Origin: Octopus vulgaris
Lineage: Eukaryota
Direction: 5' to 3'
Assembly (NCBI GenBank): GCA_951406725.2
Contig: OX597824.1
Location: 91,698,001 to 91,762,000, forward strand
DNA: 64,000 bases
This document shows, one piece after another, positions 1 to 10,954 of the stretch. The notes under the pieces were generated by a model. That model was given only the letters and a program-made list of their open reading frames with translations, searched no databases and was not told where the DNA came from. Within the stretch, counting starts at the first letter, position 1; each line of letters starts with the position of its first letter. A program made the position numbers and the translations under genes.

Positions 1-299
1 AGACAGGTAACATAAAGAACATTCCCTTCATCAGTTGTCCCATGGTTTATCTACTCTGCGTTCGTTTTCTATGTTTTTATTTTTATGTTCTCGTTTCTCA
101 TATTGTTCACGTTTTTTTGACGTCCTGTACACATATATGCATGTATATGTACATATATATATAGGTATGTACATATATGTACGTATATATGCATATATTT
201 ATATAATATTAATAGAAATATAATTGTACATACATATAGTTCAATCAACACAGCTTCGTACACCGTCATTTAATGTAATATACATAATCACCATAATTC

Positions 300-1390
300 A
301 CAAGTGAACTCTCAGAACTGTAGTGCACGAGGACATAGGGTGCAAATCCTGTATATAGAAGAGGAGTAATGTCGGCAAAATCGCAAGCGATCACGTAAGA
401 CGCTTAAAAATATCTACGAATATGGTAATCTTTGGTTCTTTTCTGATAAGAAAATCTTCGACCAAGACCATAAGTGTAATCAGACAAATGACAGAAGGTT
501 ATGTGTAAACCCTTCTAATATCTCCTGAAAGTTACAAACTAAGTTTCCAGTAGCTGTGTTGGCTTCAGAAGGAGCAACCAGAAGGGACGACTAACAAAGG
601 CCATATCATGCCACCTTGCATCTTCCCACAGCGCCTTAGAATTAATGTTGATGAAGGCTTAGATTTAATGTTGCTAGAGACAGTTGTTCAGCCCTGTACG
701 AGTGCTCCATTGTACGAGTAATTTGCTGTACGAGCCGAGACTCATGCAAATTTTTGTCTCGAAGTACGACCGGTAATCCGCAGTACAAGCACACAAATTG
801 TTCCATCTTTAAGGTAATTCAGTTAATAAAACCAGTTTACATATTTCTTTTGCATTCTCTATCTTTAATAATTGTCATTTTACTTGTGACTACACCTTTT
901 CTGTTTTAAAACCCATAAAAATTATTTTTGAGTGGTTTTGTGAGGGCTGGAACGGGTTAATTATATTTTAGTTAATTTCAATGGGGGAAAATTGATTTGT
1001 AAAACGAGTAAATCGTAAGACGAGCTCAGTCATGGGACGAATTAAACTCGTACTGCGAGGTACGTGGAAGGCAATATGTATTTCAACAAGACTCAGCACC
1101 TTCTCAAAAGACCCATGTAAGCCAAGAATGGAAGTGGATAGCAGATAATTTTTAATTTTTATGTAGCACCAAAATTGTGGTCGCCATACTCGCCAGATTT
1201 AAATCACGTGGACAGTTACATTTGAAGCGTTGTTAAAAGGGAAACTAGTCGATTATCTCAAAAGTCTATAGTTTCACTGAAGGCCGCTGTTGCCCTAGTG
1301 ATATCCAAATTGAATAAGGGACGTTTAATGCAGGGGTGTCCAAGATTCCAGTCGTGCATTGAAGCAGTCATCACAACTGAAGGCGATACA
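300..1390 (+). pseudogene. Degenerate Tc1/mariner DD37D (maT-like) transposase, interrupted by a MITE at ~696-1062
   Basis: Manual translation across stops/frameshifts gives RTVVHEDIGCKS, WFFSDKKIFDQD, KGHIMPPCIFPQRLRIN..LETVVQP, then after the insert YVFQQDSAPS, LWSPYSPDLNHVDSYI*SVVKRET and RFQSCIEAVITTEG, matching maT catalytic-domain motifs. Confidence 0.85.
696..1062 (+). mobile_element. End-trimmed copy of the pogo/Tigger-like MITE at 60676-61064
   Basis: Near-identical internal sequence to 60676-61064 (gtacgagtgc...aaactcgtactgcga), but the outer parts of both TIRs are missing. Confidence 0.85.
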
Positions 1391-1449
1391 CAGAATAATC
1401 TTATAAGAAAGCAATGTGGAGATGTGCTCACATCTCGATAAGCTTTCAA

Positions 1450-1690
1450 TACGTTTGGTTTTTTCCCGATTACTGTTGCAGAGCTGAAAACGAAGTAATT
1501 TCTACGCTTCTCCTCCGGAAGCCATCTGCTCGCGATACCAGAGGGCGCACACTCTCCTACCCTGATGTAATCTCCAGGGATACAGGCATCAAGCAACAAG
1601 ACCTCCATAATGACATGATGGACCGTGAGGTCTGGTGTAACATAGTAAATTCCATTGTCTCGACCACGTTCGAACAATGATGATGATGAA
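1450..1690 (+). mobile_element. RTE-clade LINE 3' end
   Basis: ORF tail CCRAENEVISTLLLRKPSARDTRGRTLSYPDVISRDTG...DREVWCNIV followed by a (TGA)n tail, typical of RTE 3' termini. Confidence 0.7.
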
Positions 1691-2467
1691 CTGTTGGAAC
1701 AATCTGTGTATGTGTTTGTGTGTCTGTGTGTATGCTTATGTGTGCGAAAAACACCAGCATACAAGAATATTTGCGTAATAGACATACAACATGGATGCCA
1801 CAACATGGACGCTATGGACGCAATTGTAAATGACAGAATAAAGCAGTTTGCGGTTCACTTGATGCCCCGACATCGCTTAATTATTATATTTGACGAAATA
1901 AACATTCAAATCCTCGCTCTGATGACAACGACTGTGATAATCCGTTACAGTAATAGTTACAACATTTCATTTAACATCTGTATTGAGATTCAATTCCATT
2001 CTTTCCAGATTTATAACATTTGAATTAATTATACCCAATACATCATAAGTCGTGTCATATCCCTTATTCAAAATTCTATTCATTATTTATTCATAATTTA
2101 TTTGTTATATTCCCTGCCGTTAATTTTCGTGTAAATATCGTATCAGGGCAGGTTATCTTTCGATTCTGGACATCGGTATTAATATATTTAATTTTTTATG
2201 AGTTAAATGACGGAGTTATTTCTATAGAAATAACGTAATGGATTCGTGACCAGGTAATTGCTCATTAAGCGAATAAATATTCCTGTCTTTGTAATATTAC
2301 TGGAATGGTTAGGTTCGTTTGGCAGGTCAGCAAGTCAGACGGTATTTCAATCTCTTGCACGAAATCATTCTTGCTTTAAATTGCAGAATATAATTTACAC
2401 ATGCATTGATCATAATATCATTGAATAAATCTTTATATGAATGTATGTGTGCGTGTATGTGTGTATG

Positions 2468-2864
2468 TCATTATTCAGTTTATTTCAAGATTTCTTGCCA
2501 ATAGAGAAAGAACCGGTTTCTAACCCTGATCCAAGGTTCCTTCATTGGAATTTCAACATCAGCAACAGGGTATTTTTGTATGTATGTATGTATGTATGTA
2601 TGTATGTATGTATGTATGTATGTATGTATGTATGTGTATGTATGTATGTATGTATGTATGTATGTATGTATGTATGAATGTATGTATGTATGTATGTATG
2701 TATGTATATATGTATGTATGTATGTATATATGTATGTATGTATGTATATATGTATGTATGTATGTAAGTGTGTATGTATGTATGTATGTATGTATGTATG
2801 TATGTATGTATGTATGTATGTATGTATATATGTAAGTGTGTATGTATGTATGTATGTATATATG

Positions 2865-2898
<34 letters not shown>

Positions 2899-2948
2899 TG
2901 TATGTATGTATATATGTATGTATGTATGTATATATGTATGTATGTATG

Positions 2949-2982
<34 letters not shown>

Positions 2983-3036
2983 TGTATGTATGTATGTATA
3001 TATGTAAGTGTGTATGTATGTATGTATGTATATATG

Positions 3037-3070
<34 letters not shown>

Positions 3071-3096
3071 TGTATGTATGTATGTATGTATGTATG

Positions 3097-3130
<34 letters not shown>

Positions 3131-3136
3131 TGTATG

Positions 3137-3170
<34 letters not shown>

Positions 3171-3688
3171 TGTATATTTGTGTATATGTGTGCATGTGCA
3201 GATTTCTTTGTTTTATGTATGTGCAGATTTGTATGTTTGTGTATGTATTCTCATGCATATAATTACATATCTAGACATGCTCATATATATTTAAATGATA
3301 AACTTCTGGAAAGTTTTACAGATTTCTACAGTTCCAGTGATGGATTGGATCTGTAGTCATCAAATGAACTTTCTCTTTTCTGGTTTGAGAAGACTGATTT
3401 CTCAAGATTGGCATTTAGGCAAAGTGTTACATATACCAGGCCCCCAATAATTACAGGTATAAACTGGAACTTGTAATCTGGATAGAGTAACTGCAGATTT
3501 CTCAATAGTTCAGCCTAAGTATTCTCTTTTTCACTGATCTTCAGCTTTATGTTAACATTCGCTGGGCAGCTAATTTTCACAACTATACACAGTTTCTCTT
3601 CTCTATCCCAAATCATTATATCAGATCTTTTGTGCTTACATTTTATTGAGGTCTTCACTGAGACATTCCACCAGTATTCCTTTTTAGG
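2468..3688 (-). mobile_element. 5'-truncated R4/Dong-like non-LTR retrotransposon (restriction-like endonuclease C-terminus plus 3' UTR containing a (CATA)n array)
   Basis: Minus strand 3688-3291 reads KEYWWNVSVKTSIKCKHKRSDIMIWDREEKLCIVVKISCPANVNIKLKISEKENT*AELLRNLQLLYPDYKFQFIPVIIGGL...GTVEICKTFQKFII*, a degenerate RPD/PD-(D/E)xK REL domain. The non-repetitive 2468-2577 segment, with AATAAA on the minus strand, is the presumed 3' end (inference). Confidence 0.75.
2578..3190. repeat. (TATG)n microsatellite with recurring variant blocks
   Basis: Direct read; 'tatgtaagtgtg' variant recurs at ~2761, ~2829 and ~3001. Confidence 0.95.
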
Positions 3689-3704
3689 TATGTATGTATG
3701 TATC

Positions 3705-3915
3705 TTTTAACTTTTGCTCGTTTAACTCATTTGGATTGCGGCCATACTAGGGCACCACCTTCGATGAATTTATCCGAATAAATCGACTACTGTGAATCTT
3801 TTTGTTTTTACGTTTGGTACTTAATATGTCGGTCACTTTCATCGAATCGCTACGTTAGAGGGACATAAGTGAATACAGGTTTTCAGGCAGTAGTGGTGCG
3901 CAAACACAAGCACAA
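3705..3915 (-). mobile_element. SINE family A, diverged 3' half
   Basis: Reverse complement resembles the family A 3' body (tcgatttattcg...ggtggtgccctagtatggccgcaatc). Confidence 0.65.
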
Positions 3916-4480
3916 AGACCCCTCCACACACACACATATACACACATTCACACACTCTAACACACACGTGCACTTACAAAGAAAACATATGTATGCATCT
4001 TCTTCGCTACTCTTTCGATTTGAAATTCAATATTCTAACTCTGCTATGATTTATCTACATATGATTATATCCCTTTCAAAAACTGCCGACAGGGGACAGC
4101 TCTTGTGATTAAAAAGAAAAAGCCAATCCACTTGATGAAAGTGACGGGAGAAAAACAAATATCTTTGTTAATTAGCGAATACGCTAAGAGACTTTAAATA
4201 ATACTTTTCCGCGAGAACGTCTTAAATATTTATAAGGATGAAAATTCCAACGGATCTTGCTAAATTTCTTTCAATCACTATAATCTTTCAAATTTTCACC
4301 AGATTTCATCACAGAACCATAAACCTCTTCACTTGAGGGAGGCCCAAGAGCCTTTCTGCGTGTTGAGCGCTAATAACATTTAAATTAAGGTGAATCTCAA
4401 CGGATGTAAACCTTTTATCGAATTCATGACCATCGGAAATTGAAAACAAAGTTTATACATCAAATTTTGATTAGAATTGC

Positions 4481-4912
4481 CGCAGGCAGGACTGCCTGGT
4501 AAGAACCTTGCTTCCCCAACCACATGGTTCCGGGTTCAGTCTCGCTGCGTGGCACCTTGGGCAAGTGTCTTCTTCTATATCCTCGGGTCGACCAAAAGCT
4601 TGTGAGTGGATTTGGTGGACGGAAACCGAAAGCAGCCCGTCGTATATATATATATATATATAGATGTATGTGTGTGTGTGTCTTTGTGTGTCTACATGTG
4701 TGTCTGTATTGTCCCCTCATCACCGCTTGACAACCGGTGTTGCTGTGTTTACGTCTCCGTAACTTAGCAGTTCGGTAAAAAAGTTCGATAGAATAAGTGC
4801 TAGGCATCAAGAAATTAATAAGTCCTAGGATCGATTTGTTCGACTAAAATCCCTCAAGGCGGTGCCCCAGCATGACCGCAGTCAAAAGCGTGAAGCGAGT
4901 AAAAGACATAAG
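4481..4912 (+). mobile_element. tRNA-derived SINE family A with internal (TA)/(TG) tract
   Basis: Head with Pol III box-like 'ggtaag...gggttcagtctc'; body shared with copies at 31857, 38862, 42338 and 60147. Confidence 0.85.
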
Positions 4913-5146
4913 CTAAAAGATGAGGAAAGAGAAATTATATTCGTTATCGATCTGTGGTTCAGGAGTCCTGAGTTCGATCGATGATTACATCGGAGATACA
5001 ATATTTCGCCCGTTCGGTTTGGTTTACAGTTTTCGGGGGCCGTGTTTCTTTTCCGCATGAAAAGAAGAACAAAGAAAATTCAGGCTGGGGAAGAAATGCC
5101 TGACGCACGGTCTGTTTCGGAAAAGATGGAAGTCTGTAGTAAGTGT

Positions 5147-5918
5147 GTTGAGAATGAAAGAACCTGTTTAAGTGAGAACATAAAAGGAAAAATAATGTCT
5201 TCAGCGTGAGAACGTGGGTTGTGGGGTTGCCCACGTCCTCCGCTTCATTTTTGTTAATCATCCGTTTTTATTTCATCACTATTTTTGGAATTTTCAACGC
5301 GTCCATCCTTCACTTTCTTACCCTCATTCAATCCCCGACACCTTGTCTGTTTGTCTGTCCTTATTTCATCCTCTCTTCATTTAAACTTCAATATGGTGAA
5401 TAAAGGAAAGAGTTTTCGAAGGCCGCGAGTTCAATAAAAGATCTGCATCCGCAAAGATTGACTAATTCAAGTGAAATTGAAGCTGAAATTAAAGCTGGAT
5501 TGTAGAGGTTCCTTCAGACACATCGATAAGAGAATGAATGCTATTCTTCAAGAAGAAGGCTAACAATAGGATGACAGTCTCACGGGCGTGAGATGAAGAG
5601 TTGAGAGTGAAAGAACCTGTTTAAGTGAGAACATAAAAGTAAAAATAAAGTCTTCGGCGTGAAAACATGGGTTGTGGGATCGACCACGTCCTCCGCTTCA
5701 TTTTTGTTAATCATCCGTTTTTATTTCATCACTATTTTTGGGAATTTTTAACGCGTCCATCCTTCACTTTGATACCCTCATTCGATCCCCGACCCCTTGT
5801 CTGTCCTTATTTCATCCTCTCGTCATATAAACCTCAATATGGTGAATAAAGAAAAAGCGTCTTCGGAGGCCGCGAGTTCAATAAAAAGATTTACATCCGC
5901 GAAGATAGACTAATTCAA
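5147..5918. repeat. Local direct duplication (5147-5470 vs 5600-5918) whose spacer recurs at 7539-7664
   Basis: gttgaga..aagaacctgtttaagtgagaacataaaag...gactaattcaa occurs twice; spacer agctgaaatt...gtgagatgaagagtt occurs at 5482 and 7539. Confidence 0.85.
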
Positions 5919-6033
5919 ATGTTACTAACAACGCTCAACATCCCGAAAGCATTTGAGCCTGCGTCAGACGACGAAATATACGGAGCCGCGGCACAATACT
6001 TCGTCCCATGTGCTTTTTAGACGATATAAAAGG

Positions 6034-6260
6034 AAGGCGGCGAGCTGGCAGAATCGTTAGCACGCCGGGCGAAATGCATTGCCGTATTTCGTCTGCCGTT
6101 ACGTTCTGAGTTCAAATTCCGCCCAGGTCCACTTTGCCTTTCATCCTTTCGGGGTCGAGAAATTAAGTACCAGTTACGCACTGGGGTCGATGTAATCGAC
6201 TTAATCCGTTTGTCTGTCATTGTTTGTCCCCTCTATGTTTAGCCCCTTGTGGGTAATAAA
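6034..6260 (+). mobile_element. tRNA-derived SINE family B with 11-bp TSD
   Basis: aggcggcgagctggcagaa...gagttcaaattccgcc...gcctttcatcctttcggggtcga; TSD gatataaaagg at 6023-6033 and 6263-6273. Confidence 0.9.
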
Positions 6261-6669
6261 CGGATATAAAAGGTAAAGGAAGATTTGACTGCCGTTTCTG
6301 GGAAGTCGAGAGAGCACGTAGAGATTTGTGTGGAGATCAACAGAAATAACCTGTCGCTAATTGGAGGTTGCCGATTGGTTAAAATTACTTTATTTTAACT
6401 ATTATTTTATTTTAACTGTCTTATTAATTTCTTGAAGGAGTGAATGGGATTTTCGTCATCAGTATGCTATTGCATCATCAGAACTTTATGTTTTGAAGAT
6501 AATCTGGTGAGAATTTGAAAAATTTCAAGTGGTTGGAAGAAATTTAACACGATGCATTCCTACTTTCGGCAGAAAAAATAAAACTTATGAAAACCGGTGT
6601 AATGTACAAAAAGTCGATGTTTACGAAAAATAAATAAATAAATAAGTAAATAAATAAATGCTCCGGGTT

Positions 6670-6882
6670 GATGATGACAACGACGACGAAGACGATGACG
6701 ATGATGATGACGATGATGATGACGATGATGATGACGACGATGATGACGATGATGATGACGATGACGATGACGATGATGATGATGATGACGATGACGATTA
6801 CGATGATGATATAACTACTACTACTGCTACTATTACTGCTGCCGCCGCCGCCACCACCTCTACTACTACTACTACTACAACA

Positions 6883-6934
<52 letters not shown>

Positions 6935-6992
6935 ATAATAATAATAATAATGAAAATGATAATAAAATGATGACGATGACGGTGATGATATA

Positions 6993-7028
<36 letters not shown>

Positions 7029-7078
7029 GATGATGATAATGATAATAATAAAATGATGACGACGACGAAGATGATGGT
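6670..7078. repeat. Compound trinucleotide microsatellite (GAT/GAC/ACT/AAT)
   Basis: Direct read. Confidence 0.95.
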
Positions 7079-7700
7079 GTAACAGCGAGATATATAAAAA
7101 GAATGAAGTTGCCTGATGTTAAAAGAAGGGAAAAAAAAAAGTATTATTGAAATGTCAGCTATTTTGCGATTTTTAAAATAGAAAAAAAAAGAGAACTTAC
7201 TTATTTCATATCTACCGTGATAGGATAAATTTTATATTTTCACTTTCTTTGATGTTCATCTTAAAAAAAAAAAGAGAAAATATCCGCAACCAAAATATAA
7301 TTATCACGCATCAGAAAGTCGTGCAAATATTTTGGTAAACCACATTAGTAATTGCCGAGGGTTTTGTTGACAAGGTCCCGGTAGTAAAAAAAATCTGTAT
7401 CTAAAAAAAAAATAATAATAATAATAAAATAAATAAAACAACAGTAAAGACAACAATTCAACGACCTCAACTACAACAACAACAACATCCTCACCCAGAA
7501 ATAACATCAACGTCAGCAGGAGACTTTTGATGGCCAGCAGCTGAAATTGAAGCTGGATTGAAGAGGTTCCTTCAGACACATCGATAAGAGAATGAATGTT
7601 ATTCTTCTAGAAGAAGAAGGGCTAACAATAGGACGACAGTCTCACGGGCGTGAGATGAAGAGTTCGAATATTGTTAATGTTACTGAGTTGTAATAAGTTT

Positions 7701-8117
7701 GGATCTTTTCGGTTTGAACGGCAGTTTTTTTCTAACGGTGTCATATGAAATTGTCACCCATAATTACGACCCTAGTATCGATCTATTGCATTTCAATCGG
7801 TTTTAGGGTTAGCGTTAGGGGTGGGGGAATTATATCTTTTTTTCTTCACAAATATAAATAAACCCAATCTGTTTCTTAAACGAGAGACATATTCATACGG
7901 CACAGAATGTTTTTTTTACCTCAATGGACGTCAGTGATTGGTTGAAATTGCAGAAATTGAAGAAAAAAGCAACGAATATCTTACAACTATAGAATTTTCT
8001 CAATAAAGCCAAGAGAAAAAGATGTTTTATAAACACATTCTACAAGTATACGAAGTTTAAAATTGTTTAGTTACCTAGAAATTATGTTAGAAACTGCCGT
8101 TCAAACCGAAAAGATCC
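7701..8117. mobile_element. MITE with 27-bp perfect TIRs and 8-bp TSD (Merlin-like by GG termini)
   Basis: TIR ggatcttttcggtttgaacggcagttt / aaactgccgttcaaaccgaaaagatcc; TSD ataagttt at 7693-7700 and 8118-8125. Confidence 0.9.
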
Positions 8118-8178
8118 ATAAGTTTCTTTCTAAGGAAGTATTGTAGTTCGCTGGAAGCATTGTGCATTGTTTGTGAAA

Positions 8179-9079
8179 TGCAACGTGTCTGGAACGGTAC
8201 AACAATGCAGAATGGAATATAATATTGATAGTCTAATATTTCGGAATATAAAAGTTCCTTCTTCAGAGATTGCCAAGAAGTAAAGGAATCACTGTTATAG
8301 TCAGTTTTTTTCGACTATAACAGCGACTCCGTTAGAAGGCGGCGAGCTGGCAGAAACGTTAGCGCGCCGGGCGAAATACGCAACCGTATTTCGTCTACCG
8401 CTACGTTCTGAGTTCAAATTCCGCCGAGGTCGATTTTACCTTTCATCTTTTCGGGGTCGATTAAATAAGTACCAGTTTCGCACTGGGGTCGATATAATCG
8501 ATTTAATTTGTTTGTCTGTCCTTGTTTGTCTTCTCTGTGTTTAGCCCCTTGTGGGTAGTAAAAAAATAGGTATTTCGTCTGTCGTTACGTTCTGAGTTCA
8601 AATTCCGCCAAGGTCGACTTTGCCTTTCATCCTTTCGGGGTCGATAAATTAAGTACCAGTTATGCACTGGGTTCGATATAATCGATTTAATCCGTTTGTC
8701 TGTCCTTGTTTGTCCACTCTGTGTTTAACCCCTTGTGGGTAGTAAAGAAATAGGTATTTCGTCTGATGTTACGTTCTGAGTTCAAATTCCGCCGAGGTCG
8801 ACTTTGCCTTTCATCCTTTCGGGGTCGTTTAAATAAAGTACCAGTTACGCACTGGGTTCGATATAATCGATTTAATCCGTTTGTCTGTCCTTGTTTGTCC
8901 CCTCTATGCTTAGCCCCTTGTGAGCAATAAAGAAATATATAACAATGACTCCGTTACTTCCTAGCAATATCTCAAGAGGGAATTTTTATATTCCGAAATA
9001 TTAGACCATGAATAATTAAATCATTTCAAACAGTTATTATTGTCGACTCTCCATTATTGTGCATTCCAGACACGTTACA
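8179..9079. mobile_element. Foldback (long inverted-repeat) element split by a SINE
   Basis: Arms tgcaacgtgtctggaa...tctaatatttcggaatataaaa...ctgttatagtc and gactataacag...ttttatattccgaaatattaga...ttccagacacgttaca are reverse complements centred on ~8305. Confidence 0.75.
8335..8937 (+). mobile_element. SINE family B with three tandem body units and ~19-bp TSD
   Basis: One head plus three ~180-bp units; TSD tataacagcgactccgtta (8316-8334) vs tataacaatgactccgtta (8938-8956). Confidence 0.9.
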
Positions 9080-9089
9080 CTTTTTTGAA

Positions 9090-9530
9090 ATTTGGCTCAA
9101 GGCCAGCTATTTTGAGGGAATGGGAAACTTATTCCCATCGACTCAAGTACTCAAATGGTACATGTTATATCGGCTCCGAAAAATAAAAAAAGAAAAAGAA
9201 AGGCAAAATTGGCCTTAGCGTGATTTGAAATCAGAACCGAAAGAAATTCCGATAAACATTTTATTTGACGCGCTAACGGTTCAGCCAGTTCGTCAACTAT
9301 CGAGTAGAATGTATTCGTTTAAAATCTTTATATAAGGCCAGCAATTTAGGTGGAATGTGGGGTCTAGTTGATTACATCGATCCATGCGCTCACCTGGTAC
9401 TTGATTTATCGACTCCGGAATGACGAAAATAAAGCCGACCTCGGCGTAACTTGAATTCAAAATGGAAAGACACGGAAGAAATCCTGCAAAGCATTCGGCA
9501 CGAAAAGCTAACGGTTCAACCAGGTCCCCC
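9090..9530 (-). mobile_element. Two old SINE family B-related remnants
   Basis: Diverged tcgac...ggtac...gaaaggcaaa/aaagccgacctcggcg...ttgaa motifs. Confidence 0.6.
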
Positions 9531-10704
9531 ACCTTCTGTGTAGAATTCGTTGCCAATACATGTTACTATCGATTGAACCCACCAAAATTCAGGATTACAG
9601 CCGCTTTGGCGAGTAATCTCGAGCTTTACCAAAATGAGTTGAACTCAGCAGATTGCAAAGAACAACATTTCGTTAGATTTTTCACTACTTGAAGTATTAA
9701 GCTGTGTTGATTTGTTCCGTGAGATATTGTGGAGTAAACTATATATTGTGGAGTACTATGGCGACAGAAACAGAGTAATATAAACGAAGGGGTAGGAATT
9801 ATTTCACTAATTGCTCTCGGGAAGCGATTAAAATTGTCAGCTTTGAAGTTATTAATGTCCAATCACATCTCAGTGATATTTTCCCTTTCCCAATCCGACC
9901 TGATTAATGATATTAGCTCCCCTAAGTTTTATATTTTTTAATAATGAAAACATCCTTAGTCACCTTCCGTCTAAACATCTATTTCAAACCCAAATATAAC
10001 AAAAACTACAAAAGACATCCGAATTAGAAATGTTTAATCTGCAATATAACAAAATAATGAATTGTAATGACAAGTCAAAACAAATAAGAACAACCAGAGA
10101 AATCTAATCAAATTCCGACTCAGACTTAGCCAAACGTGAACACTATTGACGCTAGACCTTTAATGAAATCTTGCTAAAAAAATCATTACAACAACAACGG
10201 CAACAACAATATCGCCATTACAAGGGGGAAAAGCAAAAATAAAATCAGAAAAAATATCATCTTTGCTGTTACAAACACAGACGTATAATAAGCAAAATAT
10301 CAATTAAGCGTTGGATGGCAGTTCTGAAATTTAAAAGACTCCCAAGAGACGGTGCTTAAATTTACAGTCCATTTCAGTGTAATAGATTTATCGATGTTAT
10401 CATTCCACTGAAGAACTAATACTTCGATCTCACCAATGCATCACGTAGAGGACATTTCAGATAAATTCATCGATGTTGATTTCAAAATCCAAAAGAAAAC
10501 CACTCGAGACATATCGTTGCTATATCAACAATCCAATCACCACATCGATAAAAATAATAGGCTTTTTTTTTCTTTAAAAAAATATGCAATACTTGTAAAT
10601 TCCTGACAAGTTCTCCATAAAGTTATATTTTAAATGATAAGAACATCAGTCGTTATAGTGTTTATTTCGTTTAGCTGAATACTCTCTTTACGCCTGTTTC
10701 AAGT

Positions 10705-10905
10705 TTTGGTACAACACTAGCAGTCTGTGGAGGGGCTAAGTCGATTAAATCAACACCAGCGTTCAACTGGTACTTATTTTAACGATTTTAAATGGATGAA
10801 ATACAAAGTGGACTTCAGCAAAATTTGAACTCAGAACGTAAAGGCGGACGAAATGACTCTAAGCATTTTCCCGGTGTGCTAACAGTTCTGCCAGCTCGCC
10901 GCCTT
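10705..10905 (-). mobile_element. SINE family B-related remnant
   Basis: ttgaactcagaacgtaaaggcggacgaaatg...ctgccagctcgccgcct. Confidence 0.75.
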
Positions 10906-10954
10906 ATACTCTATCCATAGTGCTTGCCATCCGTTGTTAAATACTGATTGTATT

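Noticed and set aside
2441-3356. Long ORFs of YVCM/IHTY repeats (also YIYI, LSIY, poly-D/I/M/P ORFs throughout the window)
   Set aside because: Stop-free translations of microsatellites with no coding signal.
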